Virus record (IMG/VR): IMGVR_UViG_3300028706_000007
Location: 1-54,353 of that record
Length of the DNA stretch: 54,353 bases
Strand: one strand, 5' to 3'
Source of the DNA: a virus
Taxonomy: Duplodnaviria > Caudoviricetes
The first letter of the stretch is position 1. Each line of letters opens with the position of its first letter. The translations under genes and the position numbers were made by a program. Shown piece by piece: positions 48,701 to 54,353 of this stretch. The notes beneath the pieces are model-generated. The model worked only from the letters and a program-made list of their open reading frames with translations, made no database searches and was not told the origin of the DNA.

Positions 48701-51700
48701 AATGGTGGATTAACTGTTGCGAATGGTCAAACTATTAGTGCAGGATCAAATAAAGTTTCAAATGTAACAGATCCAACATCAGCACAAGATGCTGCTACCA
48801 AAGCATATGTAGATTTATTATCTTCTACGGGTTGGACATTATCTGATGGTTCTTCTTCACAGACAATCTCTAGTGGAGACACAATGGTTGTGAGTGGAAC
48901 AGCAAATGAAGTAACTACTGCGGTTAGTGCTACTGATACGTTAACAATTGGATTACCAGATGATGTTACTATCGGTGATGCACTAACAGTTACAGGTGCA
49001 TCTACGGTTGGTGGTACATTGGGTGTTACGGGTGTTACCACAATAAGTGGTCTCCTTAATGCAAATGCTGGTATTGCAGTTGACAGCAATAAGTTCACGG
49101 TCGCTGATGCTACCGGTAATACAGCAATTGCTGGTACGTTAGCTGTTACTGGCGCAACTACAGCTTCAACTATTACAGCATCTGGATTAGCTACATTTAA
49201 TGGTGCAATCGATGCAAATAGTACAGCTGATATCAGTGATACATTAACATTAAGTAAAGCATCGGGTAACGGATTAGTAGTTACTGCTGGAGCTACCGTT
49301 GGTGGGAATGTTGAATTTAGTAGCAATGCTACTGTTTCAGGTACATTAAGTGCAGGAAATACTACCTTAGCAAGTGCTAAAGTTAGTGATTTATCTAGTG
49401 GACGTGTTGTATTAGCTGGAACAGCAGGTGAATTAGAAGATAGCGGAAACTTAACATTTAATGGTTCATTGTTGCTAGTTGATGGTATTGTTACTAGTAC
49501 TGGTAATATGAATGTCGGTGCGGACTTGGATGTTACAGGTAACGCAGTTATCGATGGTACATTAAGTGCAGGTGTTTCTACATTAGTAAGTGCTATTATC
49601 ACAGGCAATGCTTCTGCGAGTACATTAGATGTCACTGGTGCTACTGGTATTGATGGTGACTTTGATGTTAGTACTAATAAGTTCACTGTTGATAGTGCGA
49701 CTGGTAATACAGCAGTCTATGGTACATTAAGTGCTGGTGCCACAACAGCTACAACAATCACTGCAAGTGGTCTATTAGCTGCTAATGGTGGTATTGAGGT
49801 TGATGGTACTGCATTTACGGTAGCTGATACTTCAGGTAATGTACATACAGATGGTACCTTAGAAGTCGATGGACACACAGATGTTAGTACATTGACAGCA
49901 AGTGGTGATACTATTATTAGTGGTAACTTAACTGTTAATGGTACTACAACTACTGTAAACTCAACTACGGTTGAAGTAGTTGACCCAATCATGACAGTTG
50001 GGGCGAATGGTTCTGACGATAATAAAGATCGTGGTATCGTGTATAAATGGCATAATGGCACTGATGCTAAACTTGGATTCTTCGGTTATGATGATAGTGC
50101 TTCTGAAATGGTATTCATCTCAGATGCAACTAATACAGCAGAAGTAATTACTGGTGCATTGGGTACTATGGCAATGGGTGGGATTCGTAATACAGGTGAT
50201 GCTACGATAGGTGGCACACTAGGTGTAACTGGTGTTTCAACGTTGGCAAGTGCTTCGGTTACAGGCAATACTACAGTAGGTGGTACATTGGGTGTAACTG
50301 GTGCTACTACAATGTCTACTGCTTCAACAAGTGGGTTAGCTACATTGAATAGTGCTAGTGTCACAACTACTGCTACGATTGGTGGTTCATTGGCTGCAAA
50401 TGGTGGTATTACAGTTGATACTGATAAGTTTATCGTTGCTGATGCTACAGGTAATACAACTATTGCTGGTACATTAAGTGTTACTGATGCTACTGTATTA
50501 TCTAGTACATTGAGTGCTGGCGAAACAACATTATCAAGTGCTACAGTTAGTGATCTGACAAGTGGACGTGTTATATTGGCAGGTGCTGGTGGTGCTATCG
50601 AAGATAGTGGAAACTTAACATTTAATGGTTCTGTGTTAGCGGTTACTGGAAATGAGACCGTATCAGGTACATTAGCGGTTACAAGTACATTGACTTCGGG
50701 TGCAGCTACATTATCAAGTGCTAAAATTAGTGATTTAACCAACAACCGTGTAGTTATTGCCGGTGCTGCTGGTGAAATTGAAGATGATGGAAACTTCACA
50801 TTTGATGGAACAACATTAACTGTCGGTGCTACTACTATCACCCAATCAAGTGGTAACACTTCGGTCGGTGGTACACTAGGGGTATCTGGGGCAACTACAT
50901 TATCTAGTACACTAAATGCTGGTGCTTCAACATTAGCAAGTGCAACTATTACTGGTGCTGCAACAATTGGAACTACATTAGCAGTTTCTGGTGCTGCTGG
51001 TATTGATGGTGACTTCGATGTTAACACATCTAAGTTTACAGTAGCAAGTGCAAGTGGTAATACAGCAATTGCTGGTACATTAGCTGTTACTAGTGCAACT
51101 ACATTAACTGGTGCATTAAATGCAAACGGAACCAACACATTAGATAACGCTACTGTTACTAACAATGCAACGGTTGGTGGTACATTGGGTGTTACTGGCA
51201 TTACTACTATCAGTGCGTTATTAAACGCAAATGGTGGCATTAATGCAGATAGTGGTGCATTCACAGTTGCTAATACATCGGGTAATATTCACACAAGTGG
51301 AACATTAGATGTTGATGGTGCAACTACATTAGATGGTAATGTTACTATTAATGAAGCTGGTGCTGATGTCGATGTTCGTATTGAAGGTGACACTGATGCT
51401 AACTTATTAGTTACTGATGGTGGCACGGATACCGTATTGATCGGAACAGCTACCCCAGTTACTGGTGCTAAATTAGTAGTTGGATCAACTGATTCAATGT
51501 TATTACCACGAGGTACATCTGCACAGCGTCCAGGCACACCGTCTGTTGGTATGTTTAGATTTAATACTAACACAACTAACCCAGAGTATTGGGAAGGTAG
51601 TAAGTGGACGCAAATGTCTACAGAGTTTACGGCAATTGCTACAGAATCATTCACTGGTGATGGATCAACTACTGCATTTACATTAGGAAGTTCACAAACT

Positions 51701-54353
51701 ACTGCATCATGTATCGTTAATATTAATGGTGTTATTCAGAAACCAATCACTGCATATGCGGTAGTTGGCACGACATTAACATTCACAGAAGCACCGTCTT
51801 CTGCTGATTCGATTGAAGTACGTGAGTTAACTACAACTGAAACTATTATTGGAATTTCAAATAGTGCTGGATCAGCAACAGTTGAAACTAATGACTCAGA
51901 TACTAATATAACTGTTACGGCAAGTACTGCTAATTTCACTGGAAACATTGTCGCTGCTGGTAATATTACAGCAAATGGTAATTTAGTATTCGGTGATGCA
52001 AATACAGATTCAGTAACATTTAATGCTGATATCGGTTCTAATGTGATTCCAGATGGCAATGCTACACGTAACTTAGGTTCGTCTGCTAGCCGTTGGAATG
52101 AAATTCATGCTGGTACTATTGATGTTAGTAATCTAAGTGCTGGTTCAGGATCATCTATTATAGTTGATACTGATCTTATACCAGATACTGATGATGTTAG
52201 ATCATTGGGTAGTGCAACTAAGATGTGGAAAGATGTGTATATTGGTCCAGGATCATTGTATGTAAATGGACAGAAAGTAATTGAAGATAATTCAGGTACT
52301 ATCGTATTCAGTGCGGATGAGAATCAGAACTTAGACCTCCAAACTTCTGGGTCGGGTGACATTGGTTTATCACCACCATCTGGTGGTACTATTGAGATAA
52401 ATGGCACAATGCAACTGATGGCAGGTAAGAATATGACATCAAGTGATGGCAATGCTATTCATAATGTGGCTGGCTTCCATATGGAAGGCGAAAAGATTAC
52501 TAATCTTGCTACACCAACAGTGTCTACCGATGCAACTAACAAGGCGTATGTTGATTCAGCAGACACTACCGGCAATGCTGGCACTGCAACTACATTAGCA
52601 ACAAGTCGCACAATTGCAATGACCGGTGATGGAACATGGAATTCAGGATCATTTAATGGTTCTGCAAATGTTACATCCGCAATGACATTAGCAGCTAGTG
52701 GTGTTACCGCTGCTTCTTATGGTAGTGCAACTGCAATTCCTGTAATTACATTTGATGCTAAGGGTCGTGCTACATCAGCTAGTACCATCGCAGTTAGTTC
52801 TGATATGGGAATGGCAGGTGATACTGGAACAGGCACAATTACGGTTGGAACTGATACATTTACTATTGCTGGTGGAACTGGATTGAGTTCTAGTGTTTCA
52901 GGTGATACATTAACGGTTGCAATGGATAATACAGCAGTTTCAGCCGGTAGTTATGGTTCAGCTTCATTGGTTCCAGTAATTACAGTTGATGCACAGGGTC
53001 GCATAACAAGTGCTAGCACTACATCTGTTGCAGGTGTGAGTAGCACAGGGTTTAATAGTTCAAGTGGTGTATACACCATTAGTACAGCAGATGGTGGTTC
53101 ACATACTACTGATTTAGGTGTTGGTAGTGCTGATAGCCCTACATTTACTAACTTAACATTGAGTGGAAACTTAACTGTTAATGGTACAACTACTACTATT
53201 GATAGCACTAACTTAGCTATTTCTGATGCTATTATTCAGTGTGCTTCTGGTAACACTGGTGCGTCTGCTACATACATTGGTATTCAAGCAGAACGTGGTG
53301 GCACAGATGCATATATGGTATGGGAAGAAAGTTCGGATCGTTGGAGAGCGGCAACGTCAGCCAATGGTACATCTTATTCTGATGCTAGTATGCAAGCTAG
53401 TTCATTGTTCCTAAGTGATGCAATTACTAATTCAGCACAAGCAGCTACAAAGGCTTATGTTGATAGTGCTACATCAGCAGGTGCAATAACATTAGGTACT
53501 GATACCACTGGAAGTTATGTTGAAAGTTTGGTTGCTGGTACTGGTATTGGAATCACTAATAATAGTGGTGAAGGTGCTACCCCAACTATTACAATTACGC
53601 AAGATTCAACATTAACATTTACCGGTGATGCTACTGGGTCGGGTACAATGACTAACTTAGGCAATGTAAGTGTTGCATTAACGGTTGCTGATGATTCGCA
53701 TAATCATGTCACTGGAAACATTGATGGGTTGGCTGAATATATTTCAGATACGGCTGGTGCTATGTGGTCTAGTAATAGTGAAAGTGGTGTATCAGTGACT
53801 TATCAAGATGCTGATAATACAATGGATATTAATGTAAATGATCCAACAATCACGGTAACAGGAGCAGTAACGGGTTCTGCTACAATGACTAATTTAGGAA
53901 ATGTTAGTATTGCTACTACAGCTACAGCAGATCCAACATTAACATTGAGTGGTGATGCAAGTGGTTCCGCAACTTTCACTAACTTAGGTAATGCTACATT
54001 AAGTGTTGTGGTCGCTGATGATTCGCATAATCATGTCACTGGAAACATTGATGGGTTGGCTGAATATATTTCAGATACGGCTGGTGCTATGTGGTCTAGT
54101 AATAGTGAAAGTGGTGTATCAGTGACTTATCAAGATGCTGATAATACAATGGATATTAATGTAAATGATCCAGTAATTGCGTTGAGTGGTGATGTAACTG
54201 GTTCTGCTACTATGTCTAACTTGGGCAATGTTACTATTAGTGCAGTTGTTGCAGATGATTCACACAATCATGTTATTAGTAATGTTGATGGACTACAAAC
54301 GGCTTTAGATGCTAAAACTACTCCGGGATATGTAGATACACAGATTACTAACT
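45800..54353 (+). CDS. Giant repetitive tail fibre/adhesin-like protein (partial, >2,850 aa, runs off right edge)
   Basis: ATG 45800 after AAGGGAG and TAAATA (45767), reading MAITRIKNNQITDGTITGTKL. Thr/Gly/Ala/Ser-rich repeats. The same frame was verified at 47069, 48287, 50048 and 54254. Confidence 0.85.
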   Translation, partial: MAITRIKNNQITDGTITGTKLVSSTITGGLLENDMTYGSNLTVTGNLTVSGTSTTIDTTAMTVEDPIMVLASNQSGAGATDIGFIGERGTNTNIAFVWDESADKFVAATTSDADSSTTVTVSAYADMQVKDLALEDLVASADGSFGGTLGVTGVTTLANLLNANGGIAVDTNNFTVDGSSGAVSTASTLNADGATTLGSTLGVTGASTVAAITASGLATLNGGIVVDTNKFTVADATGNTVIDGTLDVNGATTISSLDASGVGDFADTLTLSKATGTGLSVTADATVGGTLAVTGVTTLTSALIANGGTTTTTLNATDNATVTTITASGLASLDGGIDVDGVFTVANSTGNIDTSGTLTAANTTINGTLESTGNVIVGGNLTVNGTSTTVNSTVVSVDDPIMNLGGDTAPAADDNKDRGVQYQWHNGTDAKVGYFGYDDSSSEFVFIPDASNAAEVMSGAVGAAKFGSLKVSDLTTSRVLLAGTNGEVEDSTNLTFDGSILAVTGSATVSTTMDVTGAMGVDGDFDVNSSKFTVASASGNTAVAGTLTVTGNTTLSGSLTSGALSSTTIDASGLASLDGGIDVDGAFTVANSTGNVATSGTLTISGGTTLNGAVDINNTADINNTLTLSKATGTGLSVTADATVGGTLAVTGVTTLTGLLNADGGIAVDTSNFTVDGSSGAVVTASTLSVGGLASLNGGIEVDTNKFTVADSTGNTAIAGTLSVTGATTISSLDASGVGDFADTLTLSKATGTGLSVTADATVGGTLAVTGHTDVSSLTSTGNVIVGGNLTVSGTTTTVNSTVVEVADPIMTLGTNGSDDNLDRGLKLKWHNGTDAKEAFMGYDDSASEFVVIADATDTSSVMTGSLSGMAVGSLRVTDLTDNRVLIAGASGEVEDSGNLTFNGSTLAISGATTVSTTLTVSGDASLSQALSVAGNTTLNGNVTLGNAGVDTVTVTGASTFGQSATFNGGLTVANGQTISAGSNKVSNVTDPTSAQDAATKAYVDLLSSTGWTLSDGSSSQTISSGDTMVVSGTANEVTTAVSATDTLTIGLPDDVTIGDALTVTGASTVGGTLGVTGVTTISGLLNANAGIAVDSNKFTVADATGNTAIAGTLAVTGATTASTITASGLATFNGAIDANSTADISDTLTLSKASGNGLVVTAGATVGGNVEFSSNATVSGTLSAGNTTLASAKVSDLSSGRVVLAGTAGELEDSGNLTFNGSLLLVDGIVTSTGNMNVGADLDVTGNAVIDGTLSAGVSTLVSAIITGNASASTLDVTGATGIDGDFDVSTNKFTVDSATGNTAVYGTLSAGATTATTITASGLLAANGGIEVDGTAFTVADTSGNVHTDGTLEVDGHTDVSTLTASGDTIISGNLTVNGTTTTVNSTTVEVVDPIMTVGANGSDDNKDRGIVYKWHNGTDAKLGFFGYDDSASEMVFISDATNTAEVITGALGTMAMGGIRNTGDATIGGTLGVTGVSTLASASVTGNTTVGGTLGVTGATTMSTASTSGLATLNSASVTTTATIGGSLAANGGITVDTDKFIVADATGNTTIAGTLSVTDATVLSSTLSAGETTLSSATVSDLTSGRVILAGAGGAIEDSGNLTFNGSVLAVTGNETVSGTLAVTSTLTSGAATLSSAKISDLTNNRVVIAGAAGEIEDDGNFTFDGTTLTVGATTITQSSGNTSVGGTLGVSGATTLSSTLNAGASTLASATITGAATIGTTLAVSGAAGIDGDFDVNTSKFTVASASGNTAIAGTLAVTSATTLTGALNANGTNTLDNATVTNNATVGGTLGVTGITTISALLNANGGINADSGAFTVANTSGNIHTSGTLDVDGATTLDGNVTINEAGADVDVRIEGDTDANLLVTDGGTDTVLIGTATPVTGAKLVVGSTDSMLLPRGTSAQRPGTPSVGMFRFNTNTTNPEYWEGSKWTQMSTEFTAIATESFTGDGSTTAFTLGSSQTTASCIVNINGVIQKPITAYAVVGTTLTFTEAPSSADSIEVRELTTTETIIGISNSAGSATVETNDSDTNITVTASTANFTGNIVAAGNITANGNLVFGDANTDSVTFNADIGSNVIPDGNATRNLGSSASRWNEIHAGTIDVSNLSAGSGSSIIVDTDLIPDTDDVRSLGSATKMWKDVYIGPGSLYVNGQKVIEDNSGTIVFSADENQNLDLQTSGSGDIGLSPPSGGTIEINGTMQLMAGKNMTSSDGNAIHNVAGFHMEGEKITNLATPTVSTDATNKAYVDSADTTGNAGTATTLATSRTIAMTGDGTWNSGSFNGSANVTSAMTLAASGVTAASYGSATAIPVITFDAKGRATSASTIAVSSDMGMAGDTGTGTITVGTDTFTIAGGTGLSSSVSGDTLTVAMDNTAVSAGSYGSASLVPVITVDAQGRITSASTTSVAGVSSTGFNSSSGVYTISTADGGSHTTDLGVGSADSPTFTNLTLSGNLTVNGTTTTIDSTNLAISDAIIQCASGNTGASATYIGIQAERGGTDAYMVWEESSDRWRAATSANGTSYSDASMQASSLFLSDAITNSAQAATKAYVDSATSAGAITLGTDTTGSYVESLVAGTGIGITNNSGEGATPTITITQDSTLTFTGDATGSGTMTNLGNVSVALTVADDSHNHVTGNIDGLAEYISDTAGAMWSSNSESGVSVTYQDADNTMDINVNDPTITVTGAVTGSATMTNLGNVSIATTATADPTLTLSGDASGSATFTNLGNATLSVVVADDSHNHVTGNIDGLAEYISDTAGAMWSSNSESGVSVTYQDADNTMDINVNDPVIALSGDVTGSATMSNLGNVTISAVVADDSHNHVISNVDGLQTALDAKTTPGYVDTQITN
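46583..48112 (+). repeat. 102-bp exact direct repeat in fibre gene (46583-46684 and 48011-48112), with a partial third copy near 47671-47770
   Basis: Direct base-by-base comparison; the offset of 1428 bp is in frame. Confidence 0.9.
53687..54172 (+). repeat. 159-bp exact direct repeat in fibre gene (53687-53845 and 54014-54172)
   Basis: Direct comparison; offset 327 bp (109 codons). Encodes ADDSHNHVTGNIDGLAEYISDTAGAMWSSNSESGVSVTYQDADNTMDINVNDP. Confidence 0.93.

Noticed and set aside
44643-53208. Long minus-strand ORFs (e.g. 45907..47043, 47065..48045, 50086..51264)
   Set aside because: They are antisense shadows of the Thr/Gly/Ala/Val-rich fibre genes, caused by codon bias.
53687-54172. 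Diversity-generating retroelement template/variable repeat pair
   Set aside because: The copies are identical with no adenine-specific mismatches, both are in frame in one gene, and there is no reverse transcriptase in the window. The 58/59-bp leader repeat at 11286/11939 differs at only one synonymous site and gives no support either.
1-54353. Stop-codon reassignment (alternative genetic code) as seen in some large phages
   Set aside because: Core genes are full length under the standard code, and TAA, TGA and TAG all terminate genes at sensible boundaries.

Overview
This window is a 54 kb AT-rich segment of a large T4-like (myovirus-type, probably jumbo) phage genome, read with the standard genetic code. 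The left arm (minus strand) is a baseplate operon: a >2,000 aa wedge-like ORF running off the left edge, then gp6-, gp25-, gp5-, hub-, gp53- and tube-initiator-like genes, interrupted by an accessory island at 9.4-12.0 kb. The middle (plus strand) holds late sigma factor gp55, a free-standing endonuclease, gp47/gp46 and a radical SAM-SDR fusion, followed by an ~800 nt non-coding gap and gp26/gp51-like genes (minus). The right arm (plus strand) holds a tape measure-like gene, a portal with two inteins, prohead core, protease, scaffold, major capsid protein, a second endonuclease, small virion proteins and a >2,850 aa fibre running off the right edge. Four observations stand out. (1) A ~600 nt densely base-paired candidate large ncRNA at ~27610-28210, preceded by five 13-bp tandem repeats. 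(2) Three consecutive accessory genes sharing a near-identical 16-19 aa N-terminal leader (MNLYxxHTNPExLYGY) fused to three unrelated payload domains. (3) A double -1 slippery site that would fuse the gp26-like and gp51-like ORFs. (4) Two mutually related inteins only 29 codons apart in the portal. All product calls come from motif recognition and synteny by eye; no database searches or folding programs were run.
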